Positions 1-12,052 of a stretch of 64,000 nucleotides of DNA are shown in pieces. This DNA comes from the human T2T-CHM13v2.0 reference genome, Homo sapiens. Under the pieces are notes generated by a model. That model was given only the letters and a program-made list of their open reading frames with translations. It made no database searches and was not told where the DNA came from. Every line of letters begins with the position of its first letter. The first letter of the stretch is position 1. The position numbers were made by a program, and so were the translations under genes. The DNA lies in the NCBI RefSeq assembly GCF_009914755.1, contig NC_060928.1; one strand, 5' to 3'.

Positions 1-728
1 ATACAGAGGGAAATGGCAGGTGAAAATAGCAAGAGGCTAGAATTAGAAGTGGAGTCGGAAGATGTGTCTGAATTGCTGCAATCTCATGATAAAACTTGAA
101 CAGATGAAGAGTCGATTCTTATGGATGAGCAAAGAAAGTGGTTTCTTGAGACATAATCTACACCTGGTGAAAATACTATGAACATTGTCGAAATGACAAC
201 AAATGACAACAGAGGATTTAGAATATCACATGAAAACTTAATTTATAAAGCATTTGCAGTGTTTGAGAGGATTAATTCCAAATTTGGAAGACGTTCTAGT
301 GGGTAAAATGCTATCAAGCAACATCACATGCTAGAGAAAAATCTTTCCTGAAAGGAGGAGTTAAATAATGGGGCAAAGTATATTGTTGTCTTATTTTAAG
401 AAATTGCCACAGCCACCTCAACTTCCAGCAACCACCATCCTAATCAGTTAGCAGCCACCAACATCAAGGCAAGGCCCTCCACCAGCAAAAAGATTATTAC
501 TCACTGAAATCTCAGAAAACTATTAGCTGTTTTTAGCAACAAAGTCTTTTTGAAGTAAAATAGGTACTTTTTTGGACATAATGCCATTGCACACTTAATG
601 GACTACAGTATAGTATAAACAGTATAGAATAAGCCTTTTATATGCAATGCAAACCCCCAAATTCATGTGCTTCATTCTTGCTTTATTATGGTCTGAAACT
701 GAACCTACAATTTTCTGAGGTATGCTTG
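1..728 (+). mobile_element. Tigger1 DNA transposon (TcMar-Tigger), 3' portion with decayed transposase C-terminus and right TIR
   Basis: Matches recalled Tigger1 consensus (GAATTAGAAGTGGAG..GAAGATGTG..ATGGATGAGCAAAGAAAGTGGTTTCTTGAG; AAGAAATTGCCACAGCCAC; CACCAGCAAAAAGATTA). Ends in TIR-like ..TCTGAGGTATGCTTG followed by TA at 729-730. The element continues left of the window. Confidence 0.92.
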
Positions 729-1604
729 TACATATATTTTAGTTTCTATTATATTTGGGATTATTTCTGTTTTGCATACTATTTTTTGCTTGTTTTCATC
801 TTCTCCATGACTTATATTCTATCAACCATTGTGACTTATTTTTTCCCTCTGCTAGATGAGTATTACATTGTCTAATTTTACCTAATGTATTCATTTCCTG
901 TATTCACTTACTGCATTTTTCTAATTAACACACTAAATCAAAGCCTAAATTTATTAATTCCATGATCAAAACATTGTCTACTATTGAGAGACACATTTTC
1001 CCTAAAGGCCAATAGAGGTGCCATTACTAGAAATGAAGTAGGAGAAAGTCTTGTGGGAGAAAACCATATTTGTGATATTTCCTTCTGTCTTATCAAAACA
1101 ATATATTAAGTAAGCCATAAATCAGATCTGTGTATAAAATTCCACTTTCATTCTGTATATTTTGCTTTTATACTGGTTGTATTTCAAAAAATGCGCATAG
1201 AAAATATTCGCAGTATTTAAATGTACAAAAATGTCATGTCATTTAAACTCTGTAAAATACTTTGAAATAGACTAAAAAGTATCTTTTCATTGAAAAACTA
1301 TAACCTATTCTGGGTTACATTATTGTATGGAGTCTCTGCCTTTCATTGTCTTTGACTTATTTTATTACTCTCTAAGATGTTGAAAATGAATAGTAATGTA
1401 ATTTATTCTCTTCCACAGAAATACAAATGAATTTGTCTGTTAGAGGTGCAATTGATAACCTCCCTTTTTTAAAACATCTAGTTTTGCATTTATAAACATA
1501 TTTATTTGACTTTCCTAATTGCCCAAAAATGTATCTGCTTTTTGCATTCTCTTTGAGCCAGTTTTTACATTTTACTGGCTTTTTCATTAATTATGAGCTA
1601 GACA

Positions 1605-1751
1605 AACATTTTTTCTAGCTTTATTGAGGTAAAATTGACAAAGAAAAATTGTATATATGCAAAATATGCAACATGATTATTTGATAGATGTGTATATTGT
1701 AAAAATGATCACAGTGGAATTAATTAACACCTCTATCACCCACATATAGTT

Positions 1752-1786
<35 letters not shown>

Positions 1787-2315
1787 ATGTTAAGGACACT
1801 AACAATCTATTCTTCTAGCAAATTTCAAGTAAACAATACAATATTAAGAACTACAGTCACCATGCTGAACATTAGATCCCCCAACAATTCCTGTTATAAC
1901 AGGAGGTTTGCACTCTTTGTTCAACATCTCCCCATTTCTCTTAACCCTCATTATCTAGTAACTGCTATTCTACTCTCTTCTTCTATGACTTTAAGTTTAG
2001 ATGATAATATGTTCCTAAAATATCTCTCTATCCATGTTTGGCTTTTTTCACTTACCAGGGTTTGTCTCTGTTGTCACAGAGGGCAAGATGTACTTCTTTT
2101 TATGGCTGAATAATATTTCATTGTGTGAATGTGTGTGTACATCTCATATCTGTTTATCCATTTATCTGTCCAGAGATACTTATGTTGGACCATGTTGGCT
2201 ATTGTGAATAATGCTGCAATAAACATATGGTGTAGATATCTCCTGGAGATACTGATTTTGTTTCCTTTGCATATATACCCAGAAATGGGATTGCTAGAAT
2301 GTTTGGCAGTTCTAT
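1605..2315 (-). mobile_element. Old L1 (L1MA-class) 3' end fragment
   Basis: Typical antisense L1MA 3' UTR: TTTATTGAGGTAAAATTGACAA..TCTAGCAAATTTCAAGT..GGCTGAATAATATTTCATTGTG..GCTATTGTGAATAATGCTGCAATAAACAT..ATACCCAGAAATGGGATTGCT. Confidence 0.85.
1754..1785. repeat. (TG)16 microsatellite within L1
   Basis: Directly visible. Confidence 0.97.
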
Positions 2316-2779
2316 GAGATAAATAGATCTTTGAAATGTGTGAAATTTATAGAGCTACACTTTTAACTTTAAAATTCATCATTTAATAACATACTTAAAA
2401 TAGAAAGCTGGGTATAAAATTCTTAAATTTTGTCTATATTTGGTCTAAATTTGAAGGCATTCCTCTGTTATTTTTAATCAGATAGTGCAATTAAAAATTC
2501 TGTTGGAAGGTTTATTTTTTTACATATAGGTTTTACCCTTTCTTTGGAAGTTTTCATCATTTCATCATTTTGTAACTTATAAGACTATTTTATCATTAAT
2601 ATTCTATTCTCAAACAATGAATTCATTAAGTCTGAAACCTCAGTTTTCCCATCACATCAGATAAATATTATTCTAGCACTTTTTATTTCTTAGTTTGTTT
2701 TATTTTCTACATATTCTCAATTACTTAACTTTCTTTTCATATTTCCTAATTTTTTTCCTTCTGTTTTAGTAGATTTCTA

Positions 2780-2860
2780 GCAGACTTAGAGATATTAGAT
2801 TATTTGTTCAAGCTCACACATGGTGAAAAGTGACAGGATTGGAATTTAGAACCCAGAAGC
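2780..2860 (-). mobile_element. MIR fragment
   Basis: TTGTTCAAGCTCACACATGGTGAAAAGTGACAGGATTGGAATTTAGAACCCAG resembles the antisense MIR core. Confidence 0.55.
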
Positions 2861-5177
2861 TCATCACTTAATATATTTAAAAAAAAATAGGATTCCTTTT
2901 TGTCTGTTGTCTTTGGTATCTAGTGCTATAGACAGTCAAGAATCTAGAGATCAAAAACCTGAAAGAAATATAATTGCCAGGCATGTGCAACTGAGTCTCC
3001 ACTTTAAGATTTTCTCATTTTATTTTATTCCAAAGAATGTGTTTTCCCTTTTCAAGAGGAACAATACTAACATGTTCTCCTATAAGTCTCCCTGTAATAG
3101 CTACAGCAGAACTTAAACATTAACCCTAAAATGTTAAATTGTGAATTATCACCAAAGAGGTTTTAAAATTATGTCTCCTGCACAGAGGATTGCTGGTGCT
3201 TACAGAATAGAACCACTAAAACAAACACAAATTTACTGAGTTCTCCAATTAGAAAGAAAGTATTGGAGATTCAGGCATGACTATACCATTTTGGAGGAAA
3301 TTAAGCATTTCTTAGGAATCAATAAATGCTCTGTTATTAACTATTATTTGAATAAGTGTATAAACAAAACTAAAATAGGGTCATTGGAGTGCTGAAGCAA
3401 TAAGCTCATAAAAAATCAGGCCATAAGATCTGGAAAACAAGGAAAATAATATCAACTTGATCTGAACTATTTCCTTAGTTGTGACAGTTATCCCTAAATA
3501 CTTTGTGAGAGAAAAATCAGTGTCTGAAATTAGCACCTTGATATTTTGTGTATACAAAAAGTATTTGAACTTAGCTTGACATAGTTCCTCTTAGAAATGT
3601 CAGTCCAGTCATTCCTTTAGCAGTCTTTGAAAGTTCTGAATAGGAAAAGGGAAAAAAAAAAAGCCTTACAACTTAGCATTGTATCTACCTAGCTAACTAT
3701 CTATTTCAACCTGGATGGGGTGGACGCCACATGATATTAAAGTCAAGGTTCTGCTGCCTCTGGAGCAGACAAAAGCAGGAGAGCAGTGAAATAACCTTGG
3801 AGAATTCTCTTAAGCAACTTTGTCTTACCTTTCTTTTTGTGTAATAATTACATTGACACAGAACAAATTCTAAATGCAACTAAGATTCTTTTGATTATCA
3901 ATTGGAAGAGGGTACTTGGTTTACTTTTATTCATGACCAGCAGTCACTCTTTGCACTGCAGCATCCATATCTCTAACACTGAGATTTTGTTGACATCATC
4001 TCAGAGAGGTTTTGCTAAAAAGAAATGAATATAAAAGGAAATTGATCACATACCCTGTGAAGCATTTTCCAAATTAATGATAACATTAAAAATGTACATG
4101 ATAAATCTAACACGCTTTTCTAATGGCTGACTTATTTGCACACTTAGCTTTCAAATCATGCATGCTGAAGTTTATATTGATAATAGCCTATGATTTTCTT
4201 TTTTAAATTTGGATTTTTCTTTTTTTTTTAAATTTTCCTCTTTTTTGTCTCTCTTTCTTAACCCTGTCACATTCTTCTCAAGGACTGAAGCGGTAGCAAG
4301 TGAATGTTCTATCTTGGTTTAACTAGTCCCTAAGGGGTACTTCAGAGGTAGAAAAAAGAAGCTTAAGATTCAGTGAAGGACAAAGGGAAAAAGGAATACA
4401 GGTGGTGAAAATCAACTTATGATCCCTGGTCCCTTGTGATACATTATACCATACCTTACTGAAGACTAATAGGAAATGTTCCCAAAGTTTCAATCTCTAA
4501 GTTCAATATTCTACTAAGCCAATATTCCATTCTTAAAGATATTGGTAATATGTCCTGTAGAAAACACACACTCCCTTCATAATTCTGATACTTCTTAATA
4601 TGTGTTTTATTTCTTCCTGCTAGTCACAATCTAGTTTGTGTCTTTGCAGTGGGCCATGTTTTAAAATTTTATAAACGAGTGATAGAAACAAACTTCCAAC
4701 AGCTGTTTTGTTAAAAAATTGTTTAGGCAACTATGTGAGGGGATTTTTTTAGGTCAATATGGAATTTAATTAGAAATTCCCACTATTATCTGTGGACAAA
4801 TAATAACATTTGGCAAATATATCTAAAATCATCAAAATGCATTCATTTACTAAATATTTGCAAGCCTACTATGTATTACATTATGAGGGTAAAATTAATT
4901 TATTTTATTTAGTTCCATAGTTTACTAATTTTTGTTCTCTCTCTCTCCCAGGCTGTTTCACTTTCACACTCCCACTCTAGCAAAATATTTTTTCAAGGTC
5001 CAAAGGTAAAATGTCCCTCAAGAAACTTTTACTATAATTTGAAGCAGATAATTTCAAGTTGAAGGGCCAAAGTCTTTAATGAGGAAGGGACCCTTGATTT
5101 CTACTACAGTTTGAGGAAAGATTAAAAAAAAAATGTTTTGCGACTTTTTTTTTATCAGAAGGGGCCACTTAGAAATA

Positions 5178-5266
5178 TTTTATTTATATTCTTTTTTTTA
5201 ATTATACTTTAAGTTTTAGGGTACATGTGCACAACGTGCAGGTTTGTTACATATGAATACATGTGC
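5178..5266 (-). mobile_element. Very short L1PA (primate L1) 3' terminal stub
   Basis: T-rich tail followed by ATTATACTTTAAGTTTTAGGGTACATGTGCACAACGTGCAGGTTTGTTACATATG, the antisense 3' end of young L1PA subfamilies. Confidence 0.9.
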
Positions 5267-7202
5267 AAGCACAGCAGGATCGATTCCTCTGTTTCAGGGA
5301 TTCAAAAATAAACCATGATGTGCTTTTTTAAAAAAAATAAGACACTATTTGTAAAATATTTCTTGGATAAAATATTTAAGCAGGTTAAAATGATAATGAG
5401 AGTCATCTTGTATAGCAACTGCAAAACGATCACTGGTTTCAATGGATACATCATCTCAAGTCTCAATTCACTATGATTTATTTTTATGTCTGTTAATCAG
5501 TCTAAGTGAGTTTTCTATCAGAGAAGGGAAATGTCAATCAGATGTGCTTTCAACTACTTGCTTCAAGTTCAAAACCAACTGATAAAAATGTGTATGGCAT
5601 TTTAACTAGGTGAGTACATTAATGTCATGGAATCTTGGAATATTAAATTGGATTAGACCTTGAACCAAACTTCTCTGAATGCATGGATAATAAAATACAA
5701 GCAGATAAAGCTTATTTGTCTCATGATAGGCCCTCAAAAGCACGTTTCCCAAATCCCAGCTTATTATGATTTCCCGCAAGTAATTCAACCACCACAAGGA
5801 AAAAAAATTCATTTTCCAAATATATCTCTACTGATTATCTTAAAAGAGATACAAATTATGGTGGAAACTAATAGTTTTTTACATCACATTTTTGTTGTGG
5901 TGGAAAACTGATTTAGTTGGTTCTTGCTTATCTTTCTGGTTTCATCTCTTTTTATTCTTTTTCAAACTCTTGCCAACCAGAGTTAATTCCTATTTTCGTG
6001 GGTGCATTACAAACTTTATACCTGTGTTTTCCCTGAAAGGATTCTTATGCATATGGAGTTTTGTCTTTCTTGAATAATAGTCCTCATCATTATAGCTAAA
6101 GTTTATCAAGGACGATACTATAAGATAGGGTCAATTGCTAGCACAGTTTTATAGCTGAGGAAACAGGCAAAGAACAAAACAAAGAACAAAGGAAGTACGA
6201 AGGCAACAGAGCTACTATGTAACAGAATCCATACTCTCAATCGTACATCTTATTTGGATATTGCTTCAGTATCATTTCCTTCTCTTCTAAGCTTTAAGCT
6301 TATTCACCCATGGTTTTCCCCTAGTGTTTAGGATTTATCTCTAGTAACCTCCCTATACTGCATTTGTGTAATGTGTCTAATTTACCCTTTGAACTCTCAA
6401 CCACTTGAAGTTATGGAATACATCATTCTATGTACCAAATAAATCAACAGAATTAATTAACCAAATAAATATTCTCTTCTTCAAAGTGGGGTTTCTCTGG
6501 GGAGTGAACAAAAAAGATGCAAGGTTTTGTACTAGAGAAGATATAAAGAAAGATAACATTCAGCTTATTCATAAAAATTTGAGAAAAGAAGTTACACAGT
6601 AAATGGTAGACATTTTTTCCTGACCATAAATGCTTGATAGTAGAATACTAAATAAACACTTTCAAAAACTTTGCACAAATAAAGGAAAGTTCAGAAATGG
6701 AAGCTTGTCCTGCTTTGTGTTTATATATAACAGGAACATAATGTAGAATAGACACATTGACTGGGAGGAGCGGGTTAATGATTTGGAACTATTTGTAATC
6801 AAAGCAGAAACCATCTCATCTCAGAAGTCAAGTAGGTAAGGCTAACGAAGGGCTGATTTTTGGAGCCGGAGAGGGTTCTGAGGAAAAGCAAAAGTCAGAA
6901 TACAGCAATGAGGGGTAGTGCCCTGATGACGGGGCCACTCTGAATTAAAACCAAAGACAAGCATGGTGAGGATCCGCAAAACCTAAAGAGTCATTTGATT
7001 GACATGAGAGAACGTGTTCCACTAAAACGTAATATCCAGTTCAATTACATGGGTAATATACCTGAGACGTAGTTGGATATCGAAATCAGAAATTCCACAA
7101 ATGGGAAAAGTATAAGGCAGCTAGAAATTGGAAGGAAGGGTACAGTTGCTGGAAGTATATATAAGTGAGTGTGCTCAGTTTTTAACATACAGGTTTAGCT
7201 AT

Positions 7203-7983
7203 TGATATGGGAGGGGGGCAGGGAAGTGCTGGGAAGGGAAGGGTGTGGTCTGTGGCTAGAACTCCACCCCCCGGGCCTGTGCGCATGGACCTAGGTGAAG
7301 AAAGGCCTTTCTGGTTTCCTGCCCAACGACTGCATTTTCCAAGACCACCCTGGCCCACCACACCCCCATCTTGTACCTATAAAAACCCCGAGACCGCAGC
7401 AGGCGTGCACACGAGGGCTGGACGTCGAGAGGAAGGCACGGGCATAGGAGCACACCGACAGGCACAGCCAGACACTGGCAGGCCATCAACCAGCAGAATG
7501 ACGTGGTTTCCCCGGGGCGGCTGGAAGAGAGTCCTGCCGCTAAGCGGCAGGACTCCAGGGGAAAACCACCTTCCCACTCCCTTCCCAGCTCCCCATCCAT
7601 CTGCTGAGAGCTACCTCCACCTTACTTGCACTCATTCTCCAAGCCCATGTGTGATCTCATTTTTCCCATACACCAAGGCAAGAACCCAGGACAGAAAGCC
7701 CTCTGTCCTTGCAATAAGGCAGAAGGTCTAATTGAGTGGATAAACACAAGCCACCTACAGATGGCAAAACTAAAAGAGCACACTGTAACACATACCCACT
7801 GGGGCTTCAGGAGCTGCAAAAACATTCACCCCTAGACGCTGCCGTGGGGTCGGAGCCCACGCTCCCCAGGACGTGCCCATCTGCCTACTCTCCCTAGGGG
7901 TTTTGAGAGTCAGGAACTGAAGAAGCGAGCCACACCCCTGACACACGGCCTGCGAGGGGGACAAGGAAATTTTTCCTGTTTCA
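7203..7983 (+). mobile_element. Solo LTR, LTR1 family (ERV1, HUERS-P2-associated), 781 bp
   Basis: TG...CA termini. Recalled LTR1 motifs: GGGGGGCAGGGAAGTGCTGGG, CCTATAAAAACCCCGAGACC, GCTGGACGTCGAGAGG, GGGGACAAGGAAATTTTTCCTGTTTCA. Near 4-bp TSD CTAT/GTAT. GC/CpG-rich island in AT-rich background. Confidence 0.85.
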
Positions 7984-7994
7984 GTATTAGGTGT

Positions 7995-8195
7995 GGACTT
8001 ACCTCTTAGCTGTGTGGAACTTGACAAGCTATCTAACTTTTCTTGAGCCATGATTGTCTCATCTGTAAAATAGAGAAAACCATGGCTGCTTCATGGTTAA
8101 GAATTAATTAAAACATGTCCTTAAAATTCTTAACATAGTGCCTGATAAGAGTCAGTCATCGATAAATGGCCATTCTTATTGTTGTTGCTGCTGCT
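7995..8195 (+). mobile_element. MIR element
   Basis: TTAGCTGTGTGGAACTTGACAAG..CTCATCTGTAAAATAGAGA..AACATAGTGCCTG, followed by a TTGTTGTTGCTGCTG tail. Confidence 0.75.
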
Positions 8196-8824
8196 CCTGT
8201 TTGCTCTTCCCCAGTGATCTGCTTATTTGTTGTGAATATCAGATAACATTTTCTTTGCGTAGAAAATATTTTAAGTGGAGGATCTTGAATGTACTGAATG
8301 TATTTGAATTGCTTCTTCAACATTTGCCATAAAAAACGGGAACATTTTTCTGTCTGACTTTTTAAAATAAAATTATTTCATAATCTCCTCCCACTATTTC
8401 CAAAGTCAAAGAAATTAGAAACAGCACAGCAAAACCAACTTAGTGCTTTGAATTCTTTCTATGATTACCACAGAGAACTCAAATCTTTTGCCAGATCTTG
8501 CAGACATGAAGATTTGTGTGCTCTGGCAAGTTTAATATTAAGTAACTATGAAATCAGGAGATAACGATAACTACATATCCATCTATGTATGGAGGGAGAA
8601 AAAGCATAATGGTATGTTTTATGATATTCTTATGTATGTGCATTCAGAAATCATTTAGAAGAGTCAGATTGAAAATTTAAAATGTCACAAAGACTAAATA
8701 GTAAAAACAAAGGAATGATAACCCATGCAACAATTTAAGAGAACACAATAAATCATGATTTTTTTTCCAATGTTGGAAGAAATTTCCTTTATGTATCTGC
8801 AGGACTGTTATTAAAATAACATTA

Positions 8825-9126
8825 GGCTGCGCTTGGTGGCTCATGCCTGTAATCCCAGCACTTTGGGAGGCTGAGGCCAGTGGATCATTTGAGGCCAGGA
8901 GTTTGAGACCTGCCTAGCCAACATGGAGAAACCCCAGCTTTACCAAAATTACAAAAATTAGACGGCTGTGGTGGCACACACCTGTAATCCCAGATACTGG
9001 GGAGGTTGAGGCATAAGAATGGCTTTAACTTGGGAGGTGGAGGTGGCAGTGAGCCGAGATTGTGCCACTACACTCCAGCCTGGATGACAGAGTGAAACTC
9101 TGTCTCAATAAATAAATAAATAAAAA
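8825..9126 (+). mobile_element. Alu (AluS, Sz/Sx-like)
   Basis: Full dimeric Alu with (AAAT)n tail. Degenerate 13-bp TSD TAAAATAACATTA / TAAAGAAACATTA. Confidence 0.95.
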
Positions 9127-10540
9127 TAAAGAAACATTAAAACTCTGAACTCACTGCCCAACAGCTATATTCCTTTAAAACATTACAATAGAAGAGCCTT
9201 GCATTTTAAATGACAACACTGGTATTTAAATTTAAGAATACAACTGCAGCATCTCTAATTTCAATATATTGTTGCTATGTACTTACAATTTACAAAGAAA
9301 GTGTGAGTATAGACATTCGCACATCAAGATAATTCATGCTTAGGAAACTGCTAGTTAACTAGAAGAGATAGGAGAAAAAGAATAGTGAGAGAGAGAAGAC
9401 AAAACCTGAATTGCTTTGAAAATTATTGAAGACTTTTACTTACTTTAATGAATAAAATTTGTTTATAATCTATTTCCATGCAAATCTTAATAATGAAGCA
9501 GCAAGTGGCTAAGCAAATATAATTTTTATAAGCTAAATCATAATCATGTATTACTGAAGGTGGAGAGTAAATATGAATGTGTACACTAAAATCTAAATTT
9601 AGCTTCATGTGAGTACATTCTAGTGGTAACAAAATGTGCTTTAGTTTATGTGCATTGAATTTCAATAATTTTCCTCATTACTTGATGATGAATTGTTTAA
9701 AATCTCCATTTATCTTTTAAAATTTTGACACACATACATTGACTATGGAAGTGGAAGTGGAAGACTTACCACTATTTTAGTTTTTGCTACAAATATATAG
9801 TTTGTATTAGTTCATTTTCACACTACTGATAAAGACATACCCGAGACTGGGAAGAAAAAGAGGTTTAATTGGACTTACAGTTCCACATGGCTGGGGAGGC
9901 CTCAGAATCATGGCTGAAGGCAAAAGGCACTTCTTACATGGCAGCAGAAAGAGAAAACAAGGATGCAAAAGCAAAAACCCCTGATAAACCCATCAGATCT
10001 CGTGACGCTTATTCACTACCAGGAAAATAGTACGGGGGAAGCCCCCACAATTCAAATTATCTCCCACCTGGTCCCTCCCACAACATATGGGAATTATGAG
10101 AGTGATATTTAAGCTGAGATTTGGGTGGGGACACACCCTGGCCCCTCTATCTTCACAGTTCAAAACCAATCATGCCTTCCCAACAGTACCACAAAGTCTT
10201 AACTCATTTCAGCATTAACCCAGAAGTCCACAGTCCAAAGTCTCATCTGAGACAAGGCAAATCCCTTCCACCTATCAGCCTAAAAAATCAAAAGTAAGCT
10301 AGTTACTTCCTAGATACAGTGCAGGTACAGGCACTAGGTAAATACAGTCATTCCAAAGGGGAGAAATTGGCCCAAACAAAGGGGTTGCAGGGCCCATGCA
10401 TGTCTGAAATCCAGCAGGGCAGTCAAATTTTACAGCTCTAAATTGATCTCCTTTGACTCCATGTCTCACATCCAGGTCATGCTGATGCAAGAGGTGGGTT
10501 CCCATGGTCTTGGGCAGCTTGGCCCCTATGGCTTTGCAGG

Positions 10541-10596
10541 GTTGTTTTCATGGACTCCTGGTTGCTTTCACGGACTCCTGGTTGCTTTCATGTACT
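10541..10596. repeat. 20-bp tandem repeat (about 2.8 copies) inside THE1 internal region
   Basis: GTTGTTTTCATGGACTCCTG / GTTGCTTTCACGGACTCCTG / GTTGCTTTCATGTACT. Confidence 0.9.
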
Positions 10597-11927
10597 GGCG
10601 TTGAGTGTCTGTGGCTATACCAGGTGCAAGGTGCAAGCTGTCAGTGTATCTACTATCCTGGGGTCTTGAGGACTGTGACCCTCTTCTCACAGCTCCACGA
10701 GGCAGTGCCCCAGTAGGACTCTGTGTGGGGGCTCTGACCCCACATTTCCCTTCTGAACTGCCCTAGCAGAGGTTCTCCATGAGGGTGCTGCTCCTGCAGC
10801 AAACTTCTGCCTGGACATCCAGGCGTTTCAATACATTTTCTGAAATCTAGGCAGAAGTTTCCAAACCTCAATTTTTGACTTCTGTGCACCCACAGACTCA
10901 ATATCACATGGAAGCTGCCAAGGCCTGGGGCTTTCATCCTCTGAAGCAACAGCCTGAGCTGTACTTTGGCCCCTTTTAGTCAAGGCTGGAGTGGCTGGGA
11001 CATAGGGTCCCAAGTCCCTAGACTTCACACAGCACAGGGACCCTGGGCCCTGCCCATGAAACCATTTTCTCCTGGGCCTCTGGGCCTGTGATGGGAGGGG
11101 CTATCATGAAGACCTCTGACATGCCCTGGAGACATTTTCCCCATTGTCTTAGGGATTAACATTCGGCTACTTGTTACTTATGCAAATTTCTACAGCTGGC
11201 TTGAATTTCTCCAGAGAAAATGAGGTTTTCTTTTCTATCACATTGTCAGGCTGCAAATTTTCTGAAATTTTAGGCTCTGCTTTCCTTATAAAATTGAATG
11301 CCTATAACAACACGCAAGTCGCCTCTTGAATGCTTTGCTGCTTAGAAATTTCTTCTGCCAGATATCCTAAATCATCTCTCTAAAGTTCAAAATTCCACAA
11401 GTCTCTAGGGCAGGGGAAAAATGCCACCAGTCTCTTTGCTAAAACATAAGAAGAGTCACCTTTGCTCCAGTTCCCAACAAGTTCCTCAACTCCATCTGAG
11501 ACCACCTCAGCCTGGATCTTATTGTCCATATTGCTATCCTCATTTTGGGAAAAGCCGTTCAACAAATCGCTAGGAACTTCCAAACTTTCTCACATTTTCC
11601 TGTCTTCTTCTGAGTCCTCCAAACTGTTTCAACCTCTGCCTGTTTCCATTTCCAAAGTCACTTCCACATTTTCAGGTATCTTTTCAGCAGCACCTCCCTC
11701 TACTGGTACCAATTTACTGTATTAGTCCATTTTCATGCGTCTGATAAAGACATACTTGAGACTGGGAAGAAAAAGAGATTTAATTGAACTTCTAGTTCCC
11801 CATGTCTCGGGGGACCTCAGAATCATGGCGGGAGGTTAAAGTCACTTATTACATGGCAGCGGCAAGAGAAAATGAGAAGTATGCATAAGCGGAAGCCTCT
11901 GATAAAACCATCAGATCTTGTGAGACT

Positions 11928-12052
11928 TATTCACTATAAGTGAATATACTACTGTAAGTATATTCACTATAAGTGAATATACTACTGTAAGTATATTCAC
12001 TATAAGTGAATATACTACTGTAAGTATATTCACTATAAGTGAATATACTACT
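11928..12052. repeat. 33-bp palindromic minisatellite, about 3.8 identical copies, inside THE1 5' LTR
   Basis: Unit TATTCACTATAAGTGAATATACTACTGTAAGTA starts at 11928, 11961 and 11994, with a partial copy at 12027. Confidence 0.97.

Noticed and set aside
1-530. Possible intact Tigger transposase CDS
   Set aside because: Stops and indels (including a 10-bp AAATGACAAC duplication at 191-210) break the frame, and no long ORF appears in the track.
7207-7835. 174-aa and overlapping ORFs
   Set aside because: They lie entirely in the GC-rich LTR1, are open on both strands, and show no recognisable domain.
10299-11725. ORFs in the THE1 internal region
   Set aside because: They are fragments of the decayed MaLR ORF broken by stops and frameshifts, or antisense artefacts. 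They do not form an intact gene.
11928-12052. CRISPR-like appearance (about 33-bp palindromic repeats)
   Set aside because: The copies are directly adjacent with no unique spacers, there are no cas genes, and the array sits in a primate LTR. It is a minisatellite.
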